Origin: Sphaerochaeta sp.
GTDB taxonomy: Bacteria > Spirochaetota > Spirochaetia > Sphaerochaetales > Sphaerochaetaceae
Length of the DNA: 64,000 nt
Direction: 5' to 3'
NCBI GenBank assembly: GCA_041654935.1
Contig: JBAZCM010000001.1
Coordinates: 42,516 to 106,515 of the forward strand
Below the pieces are notes generated by a model. The model was not told the origin of the DNA. It made no database searches and saw only the letters and a list, made by a program, of their open reading frames with translations. The position numbers and the translations under genes are program-made. Shown here one piece after another: positions 39,849-50,088 of this stretch. The first letter of the stretch is position 1; each line of letters opens with the position of its first letter.

Positions 39849-41003
39849 ATGAAAAAACTTGGAGTGGCAATCATTGGATGCGGGGGAATCTCTGTAGCCC
39901 ATATGCAAGGGTTTATAAGTCTTGCAACGCAGTGTGAAGTGCGGGCATTGTGTGATATCTATCCAAAAAAGGCCATGAATCTGGCTCAGAGATTTGATCT
40001 GCAAGATGTTACAATCACTGAAGATTATCACTCATTGCTGGGCATTGATGATATCGATTTGGTCTCGATTTGTCTGCCGCCATCGAGTCATTGTGCAGCA
40101 ACTGTTGATTTTCTCGAGGCAGGTAAACATGTCATTGTTGAAAAACCCATGGCTCCTTCACTGCGTGAATGCGATATCATGATTGCCGCCCAAAAGAAGA
40201 GTGGCAAGGTTCTCTCTGTTATTTCACAAAACCGCTTTAAGATCGCTCCGATGAGAATCAAGCAGATGCTTGATGCCGGCGACTTTGGCAAGGTACTACT
40301 TGCACGAGTAAGCTCGATGTGGTGGCGTGGCACAAACTACTACGATCTGTGGTGGCGCGGTACCTACGAACAGGAGGGGGGAGGGTGCACCCTCAACCAT
40401 GCAGTGCATCAAATCGACATCCTGCAGTGGCTGGTTGGAATGCCCAAGAGTGTGTTGTCTGTTATGAGCAACGTGGCCCACCCCAATAGCGAGGTTGAAG
40501 ATCTCTCTCTTTCCATTCTCCGCTACGAGGGTATGCTTGCACAAATCGCCAGCACGCTTGTCGAACATGATGAAAAACAGGAGTTTCTCTTTGCCGCTGA
40601 GAACGCCTCCTTCTCGATTCCTTGGTCACTCAAAGCGGTCAAACAACTGCCCAATGGATTTTTTGAGCCGAGTGAAGAGATGGAGCGAACACTTGAAAGC
40701 CGGTATGAATCGCTTGAAAGTCTAGCCTTTGAGGGCCACACTGCCCAGATCGAGGATGTACTGCAGGCGATACAGAGCGGTGGTGTTCCCGTAGTGGATG
40801 GGATACAAGGAAAAAATGCTGTTGAACTGATCTGTGCGATGTATAAGTCCTCGGTTGAAGGGAGAGAGGTCACCTTACCAATTGCCCAGGACGATCCCTT
40901 CTATACCACTGAAGGAATGCTATCAAAGATGGTTCGTTATAACAAAAAGCTTAGATCAGTAGAGAATTTTGAGGATTTGGAAATCACCTTGGGGAATATG
41001 TGA
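39849..41003 (+). CDS. Gfo/Idh/MocA family oxidoreductase
   Basis: IIGCGGI, VEKPMA, GGGCTLNHAVHQID. Confidence 0.92.
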   Translation: MKKLGVAIIGCGGISVAHMQGFISLATQCEVRALCDIYPKKAMNLAQRFDLQDVTITEDYHSLLGIDDIDLVSICLPPSSHCAATVDFLEAGKHVIVEKPMAPSLRECDIMIAAQKKSGKVLSVISQNRFKIAPMRIKQMLDAGDFGKVLLARVSSMWWRGTNYYDLWWRGTYEQEGGGCTLNHAVHQIDILQWLVGMPKSVLSVMSNVAHPNSEVEDLSLSILRYEGMLAQIASTLVEHDEKQEFLFAAENASFSIPWSLKAVKQLPNGFFEPSEEMERTLESRYESLESLAFEGHTAQIEDVLQAIQSGGVPVVDGIQGKNAVELICAMYKSSVEGREVTLPIAQDDPFYTTEGMLSKMVRYNKKLRSVENFEDLEITLGNM

Positions 41004-41017
41004 GGGAGGAAGTTACG

Positions 41018-42091
41018 ATGAGTCGAATGGATGGACAGAACTATGCGCCTACTGGCAAGCCTGCGCCAGTGTGTGAGAAGGGTGAATATTTGGTTGGAGT
41101 TATTGGACTCGATCATGGACATATCTACGGGATGTGCAATGGCCTCTGTGAGGCTGGTGCAGATGTGGTGAGCGTCTGGGATCCAGACCTTGAGAAGGTG
41201 AAAGCCTTTGTAAAAGCATTTCCTTCTGCTGTAGTTGCCAACACAAAAGAAGAGATTTTGCAGAATCCGAGTATCCATTTCATTGCGGCTGCGGCAATCC
41301 CAAGTGACCGAGGAGCTATTGGCCTCGCAGCTCTCGATGCTGGTAAGGATTTTTTTACCGATAAACCGCCCTTTACTACCTTTGAGCAGGTACAAGCTGC
41401 TCGCTCCAAGGTAAAAGAAACAGGGGGCAAATGGTTTGTCTATTACAGCGAGCGTATCCATGTGGAATCGGCTGTTTGGGCAGAAGAGCTGCTTGCACAA
41501 GGCGCTATTGGAGATTTGGTCTCACTACGGGGGTGGGGTCCGCATCGTCTTGCTGCCCATTCGCGCCCTCAGTGGTTCTTTGAGAAGGAGCACTATGGGG
41601 GCATTATCATCGATATAGGCAGCCACCAGGTTGAACAGATGCTCTTCTACAGTGGTGCAACTGACGCGACAGTGGTCTCTAGCAGAGTCGGCAACCTTAA
41701 CAATCCGCAATACCCGGGATTGGAAGATTACGGCGACGTTTGTCTGACCACCGATACTGGCGTTGCATGCTATTTCACCCTTGATTGGTTTACTCCCGAT
41801 GGGTTGGGAACCTGGGGCGATGGACGTTTCTTCCTCATTGGTACCAAGGGATATATTGAGCTACGCAAATACATCGATGTCGCGGCATCCTCGGATGGGG
41901 ATACAGTTATCTTGGTCAATGATGAGGGAGAGCAGCGTTTTAACGTTGGAGGTGAGGTCGGCTTTCCATTCTTCGGAAGGCTCATCCGCGACTCTCTTGA
42001 TCGAACTGAGACTGCCATGAGCCAAGAGCATGCATTTCGGGCTATTGAAATCGCCATAGAGGCACAGGCTAAAGCGCAGAAACTTCGATAA
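41018..42091 (+). CDS. Gfo/Idh/MocA family oxidoreductase
   Basis: IGLDHGHI, TDKP, GGIIIDIGSHQ. Confidence 0.9.
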   Translation: MSRMDGQNYAPTGKPAPVCEKGEYLVGVIGLDHGHIYGMCNGLCEAGADVVSVWDPDLEKVKAFVKAFPSAVVANTKEEILQNPSIHFIAAAAIPSDRGAIGLAALDAGKDFFTDKPPFTTFEQVQAARSKVKETGGKWFVYYSERIHVESAVWAEELLAQGAIGDLVSLRGWGPHRLAAHSRPQWFFEKEHYGGIIIDIGSHQVEQMLFYSGATDATVVSSRVGNLNNPQYPGLEDYGDVCLTTDTGVACYFTLDWFTPDGLGTWGDGRFFLIGTKGYIELRKYIDVAASSDGDTVILVNDEGEQRFNVGGEVGFPFFGRLIRDSLDRTETAMSQEHAFRAIEIAIEAQAKAQKLR

Positions 42092-42198
42092 GTCATCAGA
42101 GTATTACCATAATCGTCGGATCTGGACAGCTTTATATTGGTGATTCCATGGGGATGGATCCTGTCTACGTAATCGATACCAGGAGAACTCTGCACAAT

Positions 42199-43254
42199 TT
42201 AGAGTACTGATGTATCGATGGTAGGGAGGAGTCCACCCATGGTGCGAAAGATCATTCCTTGCTGCAGTTCTCTCTGGACTGCCTTCTGTAGTGATGTAGT
42301 GCTGTGATGAGCGAGTACTGCACTGCGATCATACCCTTGGCCAAAGACGCGCTCATAGAGCTGTGGGAGTTGGTGAGGAACAGAAAATTTTGTAAACCGT
42401 TGCATGAAGGAAACGATATTGCTCTCTGGCTTTGCCACTATCTCCAAGGCTGGGTCAATCAGCCATGAGACACACACGAAGAGGGGGTGGGAGGCAAAGA
42501 AGTGGATAGCTTGAGAGAGGGCATCATCGACAGCTGCAGGAGACAGATCAGCTTCACTGGGTATATGAATGTTGATGAGTTCTTGCTCGTTGTCTGCAAT
42601 CAATGTGAGGGCAGAGAGTGAAAAGTGACTTGGGTCTGGTTCAATAGCGCCACTGTTTGGATTGACGGGGTGAGCCAAGAGAGTGTGTCCATCATCGATC
42701 AGTTGGGTGGTAAAAGAGAAGTTGTTAGCCTCGGTGATGTAGCCCCCAGCGTCACAAGTCACCTCGCTTTGCGCAACGAGTAACAGAGCATGTGCATCGT
42801 CGCGATAGATGCGATAGGGATATCCAAAGACTTTTGGCTCGAATTGGAGACTTCCCAACTGAACAATCTTTGCAGTGAGATGGCGAGCAATCCAAAAGAC
42901 CTGACTGAGGCCAAACACTCCATTGTTCCGTCTACGATGTTCAGTGCTCCAACGATGGATATCAGAGAGTGTTGCATCACGAACTGATGGGCTTATGTCG
43001 CAGTGTTCGTACAGGTCATCGATCTGTTGCAGACTCTGGACTATCATGGTCAGGGGATAGCATGATCCATGGATTTTGGAACCACTATCGAGCAGTAACG
43101 CAACAGCTTGGGTGTTTTGCATTTTGATAGCGTGGCGAAGGTCTTGCAACGTTTCTTGATGATCGGGGTGTGCTTCAGCCGCTTGCTGTGTTTCGATGAT
43201 CTGGGCAACCTCTTCATCATTGAATCCAAGACGTTTGGCTCTCTCTTGTATCAT
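42199..43254 (-). CDS. Acyltransferase-domain protein (GNAT-like C-terminal domain)
   Basis: LGSLQFE, IHIP, CVSWLIDP, SNIVSFMQRF, TSLQK motifs of this family. Confidence 0.7.
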   Translation of the reverse strand: MIQERAKRLGFNDEEVAQIIETQQAAEAHPDHQETLQDLRHAIKMQNTQAVALLLDSGSKIHGSCYPLTMIVQSLQQIDDLYEHCDISPSVRDATLSDIHRWSTEHRRRNNGVFGLSQVFWIARHLTAKIVQLGSLQFEPKVFGYPYRIYRDDAHALLLVAQSEVTCDAGGYITEANNFSFTTQLIDDGHTLLAHPVNPNSGAIEPDPSHFSLSALTLIADNEQELINIHIPSEADLSPAAVDDALSQAIHFFASHPLFVCVSWLIDPALEIVAKPESNIVSFMQRFTKFSVPHQLPQLYERVFGQGYDRSAVLAHHSTTSLQKAVQRELQQGMIFRTMGGLLPTIDTSVL

Positions 43255-43351
43255 GGCCTAAGAGTGAATGGCTCAACCCACTTCGTCAAGGGCTTTCCAT
43301 CTTGGCTATTAGGCAGTATTGTTGTTGAATATTCGCGATAAGGAAGGCTAC

Positions 43352-44008
43352 ATGATCAAGGGTGTTTTTGCACTGTATGCCCAGCGCCCCGCTTTTTTCC
43401 TGGAACTATTAGGCCAGCACCTCTACATCACACTCATCTGTATAACGATCACGGCAGCCTTGGGATTGTTGTTGGGTTTTGTTATGACTCGCCATTCCCT
43501 GCTGGCCACCTTGATCTTGCGCATCACCAGTTTTCTATACACCATTCCGTCAATTGCTATCTTTGGTATCCTGGTCTCAATATCGGGGATCGGTCTCACC
43601 AGCGCGGTCATTGCCATCGTCCTCTATGGATTGCTACCTATGGTGCGCTCTACGTATACCGGCTTGATTGAAGTCGATGACGATGTCATAGAAGCGGCAG
43701 TGGGTATGGGCACTGACCGACGCCAACTGCTCTTTTGGGTGCGCTTACCATTAGCACTGCCGGTCATTTTCAATGGCTTTCGCACGATGGCTGTCATGAC
43801 GATCGCCCTCGGAGGCATCGCTTCCTTCATTGGGGCTGGTGGCCTGGGTAGAGCTATTTGGCGAGGAATATCTACCAACTACGCTGAGATGACTATCGCT
43901 GGCAGCCTTCTGATTGCTGCCATCGCTATTATTGGCGATCTTATATTAGAAATTATTGAAAAACGGGTCCGTATGCGGTACCTGGGAGAGGAGGCAGAGA
44001 GTGCGTAA
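43352..44008 (+). CDS. Osmoprotectant (glycine betaine/choline) ABC permease
   Basis: TIPSIA, EAAVGMG, FIGAGGLG. Confidence 0.9.
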   Translation: MIKGVFALYAQRPAFFLELLGQHLYITLICITITAALGLLLGFVMTRHSLLATLILRITSFLYTIPSIAIFGILVSISGIGLTSAVIAIVLYGLLPMVRSTYTGLIEVDDDVIEAAVGMGTDRRQLLFWVRLPLALPVIFNGFRTMAVMTIALGGIASFIGAGGLGRAIWRGISTNYAEMTIAGSLLIAAIAIIGDLILEIIEKRVRMRYLGEEAESA

Positions 44009-44888
44009 GAGTACAATCCTAATCATTATACTGTTGATCATCGCGGTCGTGGCGACCGGGTGTAAGAAAGAACAGAAGACCATCGTCGTGGCAAGTAAGC
44101 CAATGACTGAGCAATATATCATTGCCGAAATGTTGACCATGCTTATTGAAGCGAAGAGTGATATCACCGTCAAACAAAGTCTGGGTATCGGTGGAGGGAC
44201 CAGTAATATTCATCCAGCCTTGGTAAAAGGGGAGGTCGACCTCTATCCTGAGTACACCGGTACCGGATGGCTTATGGTCCTCAAACGCGATCCTATCGCC
44301 GAGCCACTTCCACTCTACGAGGCGGTCAAAAAAGCTTATTCTGATGAGCTCTCATTGGCTTGGACCGGTCTGTATGGCTTTGCCAACAACTACGTCATCG
44401 CCGTACGTGGAGAGGTGGCCAGAGAGTATGGCCTTGCTAAGGTCAGCGACCTTGCTGCTTACAGCAACACCCTCATCTTTGCGGCAAATCCCGATTTTTT
44501 GGAGCGCGAGGATGGGTATCCAGGATTAGTCGAGACCTACGGCCTCTCCTTCAAATCGATCAAAGAAATTGATATCGGTCTTCGATTTGAGGCAATCTCC
44601 TCTGCTGCAGCCGATGTCATTCCCATCTACACAACCGACAGCCGCCTCAAGATTGAGGACGTTGTGCTCCTCGAAGATGATCGACACTACTTCACCAGCT
44701 ACCTAGCAGCAACCATAGTGCGTGAGCAAACACTCAAGACCTACCCAGAGTTGACTTCGATCCTCGAGTTGCTCACCGGTGCAATTAATGATCAAGAGAT
44801 GGTGGCGATGAACTACCAAGTTGAGATTGAGAAGCAAGATCCCAAGGATGTGGCTCGTGCATTCCTCGCGTCTAAAGGACTGCTTTGA
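44001..44888 (+). CDS. Osmoprotectant ABC substrate-binding lipoprotein
   Basis: Lipobox ATG-C; SKPMTEQ, YPEYTGT, FLEREDG. Confidence 0.9.
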   Translation: MRKSTILIIILLIIAVVATGCKKEQKTIVVASKPMTEQYIIAEMLTMLIEAKSDITVKQSLGIGGGTSNIHPALVKGEVDLYPEYTGTGWLMVLKRDPIAEPLPLYEAVKKAYSDELSLAWTGLYGFANNYVIAVRGEVAREYGLAKVSDLAAYSNTLIFAANPDFLEREDGYPGLVETYGLSFKSIKEIDIGLRFEAISSAAADVIPIYTTDSRLKIEDVVLLEDDRHYFTSYLAATIVREQTLKTYPELTSILELLTGAINDQEMVAMNYQVEIEKQDPKDVARAFLASKGLL

Positions 44889-45751
44889 TGCAATGGGCCA
44901 TAGAGTTTGATCACATCTCCAAGTCTTACACCCTCGAGGAGTCGGTTCTCACTGACATCAACCTCAAGGTTGCCCCGGGAGAGCTTGTGGTCCTTCTCGG
45001 CCACAGCGGCTGTGGCAAGACCACACTCTTGAAGCTGGTGAACAAACTCTTGGACTTTGACTCTGGGTACTTACGCATCCACTCCAAGAAGCTCAGCGAT
45101 TGGGATATCGAGGAGCTGAGGCGCTCCATCGGTTGGGCAATCCAGCAGGTGGGACTCTTTCCTCACATGCGGGTGTGGGAGAACATCAGTTATGTTTTAC
45201 GCCTGCAGGGAGTGGATAAGAGGATGAGGCGCAGACGTGCGAGTGAACTACTGGAGGTCGTGGGCCTGCCTCAAGAGTACCTTGAGCGCTATCCACGCCA
45301 ACTCAGTGGAGGACAGCGCCAACGAGTCGGTGTTGCCCGTGCCCTTGCCGCTGAGCCCTCCATCATCCTCATGGACGAGCCGTTTGGTGCTGTGGATGAA
45401 CAGACGCGCACCCAATTACAGGAGCAGCTCCTCTCAATCCATCGCCGTTTTGGGCAAACCATTCTCTTTGTCACCCATGATATCCACGAAGCCTTTAAGC
45501 TGGGCACGCGCATTGTCCTCATAGATGAGGGGAAAATCCTACAGGATGGGAGCAAAGAAGAGTTGGTCTTCTGTCCGGCCAGCGATCGTGTCTCGGCCTT
45601 CTTGGGGCTCAAAGGCTTCTCTGCGCTCTTTGATGAAACACTGCTCGGCGAACTCTATGAGCAAGTGAAAAGTGGGGAGCTGGATGCCCTTCATTGCCTC
45701 CGTCTGTTGGGCCAAATGAAAAAGGACCAGCACGAAGCTGGTCCTCAATAA
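44888..45751 (+). CDS. Osmoprotectant ABC ATP-binding protein
   Basis: GHSGCGKTT, QQVGLFPH, LSGGQRQR, MDEPFGAVD. Confidence 0.9.
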   Translation: MQWAIEFDHISKSYTLEESVLTDINLKVAPGELVVLLGHSGCGKTTLLKLVNKLLDFDSGYLRIHSKKLSDWDIEELRRSIGWAIQQVGLFPHMRVWENISYVLRLQGVDKRMRRRRASELLEVVGLPQEYLERYPRQLSGGQRQRVGVARALAAEPSIILMDEPFGAVDEQTRTQLQEQLLSIHRRFGQTILFVTHDIHEAFKLGTRIVLIDEGKILQDGSKEELVFCPASDRVSAFLGLKGFSALFDETLLGELYEQVKSGELDALHCLRLLGQMKKDQHEAGPQ

Positions 45752-45764
45752 CCCTACAAAACTT

Positions 45765-46736
45765 TTAGAGCAAGCCAATCTCGCGATAGTAGCGAGCTGC
45801 TCCGTCGTGGATGGGCAGGCCCGCCAAATCCTTGGTAGTTTCTGCTTTTACGACATTCTTTAAAGGTGCTTGAGTCTCCTTAAGAACATCAAAGTTCTCC
45901 CAGAAAGACTTGGTCAGCTCATAGATAACGTCATCATCGACGCGAGCGTCGGTGAAAATGGTGATTTTGATGGCGCTGGTTTGTACATCAGTGTCCTGAC
46001 CAGGGTAGGTTCCTGCAGGAATTGTGTAGGCTCCATACCAAGGGTAGTCTGCCTGAAGAGCGCCAATGAGTGAATCATCGATCTCCAAGAGCGTACCACC
46101 GGCGGTGGAGAGCATCTCGGTCACGGCTGCATTAGGAATACCGGCCATGATCCAAGCTCCGTCGAGTTGCTTATTGCGCATTAGGTCGATAGCTTCGGTG
46201 AAACCGACATACTGTACCCGTAGCCCCTCTGGGTAGGGAAGACCAGCGGTATTGAGGTGAATGTCCGTCTCGACTTCAGTCGTTGAACCCGGCGCACCAC
46301 TGGCAAAGCGCTTGCCTGCAAGGTCGGTGAGAGTAGCGGCACCACTTGCTTTGGTGACGACGACCTGGTTCGGGTTTGGATACAGACCGATCATGACACG
46401 AAGGTTGGGGTTTGGTCGTCCTTCAAAGGATCCGATCCCGTTGAATGACTCATACATGATCGATGTGACGGCAACACCCATCTGGGCCTCACCATCGGCG
46501 ACGAGGTTGAGGTTTTCAATTCCGCCAGCACTTGCTTGTGCACTTGCACGCACAGTGGGAACCTCGTTGTTCCACATGTTGGCAATTGCCGATCCGAGAG
46601 GATAAATTGCTCCGGTCGTTGCTGCGGTGGGGAAATTAATCACCGTCTTTTTTGCTGCACTCTCCTGCATTCCTGCTGCAAACAGTGAGCCAGAGAGGAG
46701 GACGAGGACCATAAGTACTACAATACCTTTTTTCAT
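45765..46736 (-). CDS. TAXI family TRAP transporter solute receptor
   Basis: TAATTGAIYPLG, SAGGIEN, GAPGS, PIHDGA. Confidence 0.9.
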   Translation of the reverse strand: MKKGIVVLMVLVLLSGSLFAAGMQESAAKKTVINFPTAATTGAIYPLGSAIANMWNNEVPTVRASAQASAGGIENLNLVADGEAQMGVAVTSIMYESFNGIGSFEGRPNPNLRVMIGLYPNPNQVVVTKASGAATLTDLAGKRFASGAPGSTTEVETDIHLNTAGLPYPEGLRVQYVGFTEAIDLMRNKQLDGAWIMAGIPNAAVTEMLSTAGGTLLEIDDSLIGALQADYPWYGAYTIPAGTYPGQDTDVQTSAIKITIFTDARVDDDVIYELTKSFWENFDVLKETQAPLKNVVKAETTKDLAGLPIHDGAARYYREIGLL

Positions 46737-48709
46737 ACTGGTAACTCCTTGTGATGTGATGATCGTTGCATAAGTTGTGCAACTACTATGATGAGACAAA
46801 GGCCAAGGGCCAGCACATCGGTGCCAAGCCTAGGTTCAATAAAGAGCACTCCGGCGCCAACCAGGATTATCCGACCAACAATCTTCAGTCGATCAAAGAG
46901 ATATCCTTGCAGGCCTGCAGAGAGGACCACCACTCCAATTGAGGAGGTGATCACCGCTCGTAGGGTGAGCAGAATAGACGCCCCTTCGACAGTGCCCAAT
47001 AGCAAGATAGGATTGCCCAAAAAGAAGAAGGGGAGGATGAAGCCAGTGAGTCCGAGTTTGACCGCAATCAAACTGGTCTTTGTCTGGTCACTATCGGCGA
47101 TACCACTGGCAACATAACTGGACATTGCCACTGGCGGGGTGATGTTGGAGAGACAGGCATAGATGAGGCAGAACATGTGTGCTGCCATGGGGATTGCTCC
47201 GCCTTGGATCAGGACAGGGACGCTGACAGTGGATACGATGACGTAGGCCGCGACACCAGGCACTCCCATGCCAAGGACCGTGCTCATCAGCATGACCATG
47301 AAGCCACCCAAGTAGAGCTGGCCCGCTCCCACAATGCGAAGAATTACATATCCGAAGGCCAAGCCAAGGCCTGTCAGGGAGACGGTGCCAATGATCACAC
47401 CAATGATTGCACAGCTCATACCGACGGTAATTGCCGAGCGCGCCCCTTCAACGGTGGCCTGGACGATGGTGCGCCAGTCCATGCGTGTCTCCTTACGAAT
47501 CCACGAAGCGGCAACAGTAGCAAAAATTGAGACCACTGCACTGTATAACGGGGTAAACCCAAGCGCCAACAGTCCTAGTAACACTATCAGGGGAATGAGG
47601 AGGTGGCCTTGCTTCTTAAGGACTACGATAGCATCGGGAATGTTCTCTTTGGAGAGACCTGAGAGGCCGAGTCGCTTTGCTTCAAAGTGGACGGCAAAGA
47701 GAAGAGTCAGGTAGTATAAAAAGGCGGGGATTGCAGCCGCAACCAATACCTTGGTGTAGCTCACTCCCAAAAATTCAGCCATGACAAAGCCGACAGCTCC
47801 CATAATCGGTGGGGCAAACTGGCCACCGGTGGAGGCGACCGCCTCAACAGCTGCGGCAAACTCCTTCTTGTAGCCGGTCTTCTTCATCATAGGGATGGTG
47901 ATGGTACCGGTCGTGGCGACGTTGGCAATCGCCGAACCGTTGATCATTCCCAGCAGTGCACTGGCGATAACAGCCACTTTTGCAGGGCCACCGGCGGTGC
48001 GCCCGACTAGGGTAAGAGAGATGTCATTGATGAACTGGCTGAAGCCACTGTGCTTGAGGTAAGCCCCAAAGAGGACGAAGAGGAAGATGTAGGTTGCACT
48101 GACTCCAAGGCCGATGCCAAAAATTCCCTGACTTCCCCAGATCATGATCGTAAGGACTCGTTTGATCGAAAAGCCCACGTGGCCAAGATCACCTGGGATG
48201 AACTGACCCAGGAAGTTGTACAGAAGGAAGATGAGGCCTAGGATAGCCAAGCTTCTGCATGCTCTACGAGCAGCCTCAAAGACCAGCAGCATTGCCAACG
48301 CAGCAATCCAAAGGTCTGTCTTGTTCAGATACCCCCCACGCTTTGCTACTGCTACATAGTTGGTCAACAGGTAGCCGATAACAAAGACAGTTAGTGCAAG
48401 GAGAAGGATATCGAAGATTGGAGGGATAGAGCGTTGTCGACGCTCTCCTTTAAAGGCGGGAAAGAGCAAATAGGTAAAGACCAGCAGGAAGGCTAGATGC
48501 CAAGTCCTGAGGGCCATTGCATCAACAATGCCGATGGTGTTTGCATAAATTTGGTAAGCAGACCAAATCAAAAAGAGTACGGTGATAATATGGGAGAGTG
48601 GGCCACGGTAGCTTCTTAGCTTCCCGTCTGCTTCTTTCTCCTCCAAAAGTTGTTGGGCAACCACCTCTTCTTTGGTGAGATGTCGCTCCTCATTCATACG
48701 CTCTTCCAT
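46733..48709 (-). CDS. TRAP transporter fused 4TM/12TM permease
   Basis: GGPAKVAV, NVATTG, EAVASTGGQ..PPIMGA, LGMGVP, ITPPVA. Confidence 0.92.
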   Translation of the reverse strand: MEERMNEERHLTKEEVVAQQLLEEKEADGKLRSYRGPLSHIITVLFLIWSAYQIYANTIGIVDAMALRTWHLAFLLVFTYLLFPAFKGERRQRSIPPIFDILLLALTVFVIGYLLTNYVAVAKRGGYLNKTDLWIAALAMLLVFEAARRACRSLAILGLIFLLYNFLGQFIPGDLGHVGFSIKRVLTIMIWGSQGIFGIGLGVSATYIFLFVLFGAYLKHSGFSQFINDISLTLVGRTAGGPAKVAVIASALLGMINGSAIANVATTGTITIPMMKKTGYKKEFAAAVEAVASTGGQFAPPIMGAVGFVMAEFLGVSYTKVLVAAAIPAFLYYLTLLFAVHFEAKRLGLSGLSKENIPDAIVVLKKQGHLLIPLIVLLGLLALGFTPLYSAVVSIFATVAASWIRKETRMDWRTIVQATVEGARSAITVGMSCAIIGVIIGTVSLTGLGLAFGYVILRIVGAGQLYLGGFMVMLMSTVLGMGVPGVAAYVIVSTVSVPVLIQGGAIPMAAHMFCLIYACLSNITPPVAMSSYVASGIADSDQTKTSLIAVKLGLTGFILPFFFLGNPILLLGTVEGASILLTLRAVITSSIGVVVLSAGLQGYLFDRLKIVGRIILVGAGVLFIEPRLGTDVLALGLCLIIVVAQLMQRSSHHKELPV

Positions 48710-48882
48710 ACCCACCTCCGATGAGTTCCTATCAATCTAGACGTTGTTGTAAGTTTTGTCAATTTGATATGCAAAAAGCTGTATGTTTATGCAATTGCCG
48801 CAATAACTTGACCTGCACATGATTGAAGTAAAAAAGAGATAGTTGCTCCTATACACATAAAGATTGTACAAGGTTCAAGACC

Positions 48883-48911
48883 TTGTTCATGTATATATGA
48901 ATGTATATACT
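48883..48911 (+). promoter_or_regulatory. mazEF promoter with overlapping palindromic operators
   Basis: TTGTTC-N17-TATACT; dyads TTCATGTA/TATATGAA (48886-48901) and GTATATAC (48903-48910). Confidence 0.65.
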
Positions 48912-48925
48912 AAAGGAGGGCCATA

Positions 48926-49204
48926 ATGATATTCGGTGTCGAAGGAAGGTTTGCCATGATGAGAGTGACAATTCAAAAATGGGGCAATAGCTTGGGAGTC
49001 CGACTTCCAAAAGCAGTGTTAACCCAGTTACAGCTGGGTCAGGGAGCTGTTATGGAGTGCAAAGTAGAAGAGTCCAGCCTGCGTCTCATACCGGTAGAAC
49101 GGTCTCGTGCGGATGAGCTTGAACGTTTACTGGCAACCATTACGCCCGATAACTTGCATCACCTTGATTATTTTGAGGATGAAGTTGGAGGCGAGAAATG
49201 GTAG
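48926..49204 (+). CDS. mazE: MazE/AbrB-type antitoxin
   Basis: IQKWGNSLGVRLPK; LLATITPDNLH..VGGEKW; overlaps toxin gene. Confidence 0.9.
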   Translation: MIFGVEGRFAMMRVTIQKWGNSLGVRLPKAVLTQLQLGQGAVMECKVEESSLRLIPVERSRADELERLLATITPDNLHHLDYFEDEVGGEKW

Positions 49205-49542
49205 AAGTTCAATACATACCGGATGAAGGGGACATAGTATGGTTGAGCTTTACTGGTCAACAGGGTCATGAACAGCAAGGTGTGCGACCAGCGTTAGTAT
49301 TAACGCCACGCTTATACAACCAATATGGGCTTGCGTTGGTCTGCCCTGTGACCAACAAACAGAAAGGATATCCTTTTGAAGTTCCAATACTCTCCTTTGC
49401 TAATGCAACAACAGGAGTAGTCCTTGCCGACCAAGTGAAAAGCATAGATTGGAAAAGTCGTACAGCAACGCTCAAAGAACGAGCCAACCCAGTGGTGGTT
49501 GAGCGGGTAAAGGATAAAATTCTTCTATTGCTGGGTAAGTGA
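49198..49542 (+). CDS. mazF: MazF/PemK endoribonuclease toxin
   Basis: YIPDEGDIVWL, GHEQQGVRPALVL, KGYPFEV, DQVKSIDW. Confidence 0.95.
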   Translation: MVEVQYIPDEGDIVWLSFTGQQGHEQQGVRPALVLTPRLYNQYGLALVCPVTNKQKGYPFEVPILSFANATTGVVLADQVKSIDWKSRTATLKERANPVVVERVKDKILLLLGK

Positions 49543-49992
49543 AATGCGGGACAAGCAGCTGCTCATTGAATAGTTCTGCCCAGAAAAATGATCAAAGAAT
49601 ATTGAGAATACTATTCAAGGCACTTTGTATTGTTCAATGGATGTGTGCCCAAGGCATTGGCTATTACAGGGTTGAGCCTCTCCTTACCCTATTGGTCACT
49701 TAAAGAAGAGCAGTCATATAGAGAGGGAGGTAGGTAATACCCTCTTCAATTTTTATATCCCCAGTATGCAATACATAGGGTGTATGTAGTTGCTGAGCAT
49801 ATTTGACAATAAACTTTCTCAGTGAAGTTAACGTGTAGTATTTTCCCGATTTTACCTCAATTGGAGAAATATTATGTCAGTTTGTGATCTTGTTTTTGGT
49901 TATCAGAAAGTCGATTTCCATGCGGGATGCTGAGTCATCAGGAGAAGGGTCAGAGTAAAAATAGTTTTGTAAGTTCTTACATAATAATAGTT

Positions 49993-50076
49993 TGCCGAAA
50001 GCGGGACTTGAACCCGCACGCCCTTACGAGCAAGGGATTTTAAGTCCCTTGTGTCTACCTGTTCCACCATTTCGGC
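49993..50076 (-). tRNA. tRNA-Leu (anticodon TAA)
   Basis: GCCGAAA/TTTCGGC acceptor stem, AGGGA-CTTAAAA-TCCCT anticodon arm, long variable arm, GGTTCAAGTCC T arm; CCA not encoded. Confidence 0.97.
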
Positions 50077-50088
50077 TATAAATCGTTA

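Noticed and set aside
49541-49552. GAAATGCGGGAC as an att duplication of the tRNA-Leu 3' end
   Set aside because: Too short and gapped to be significant.
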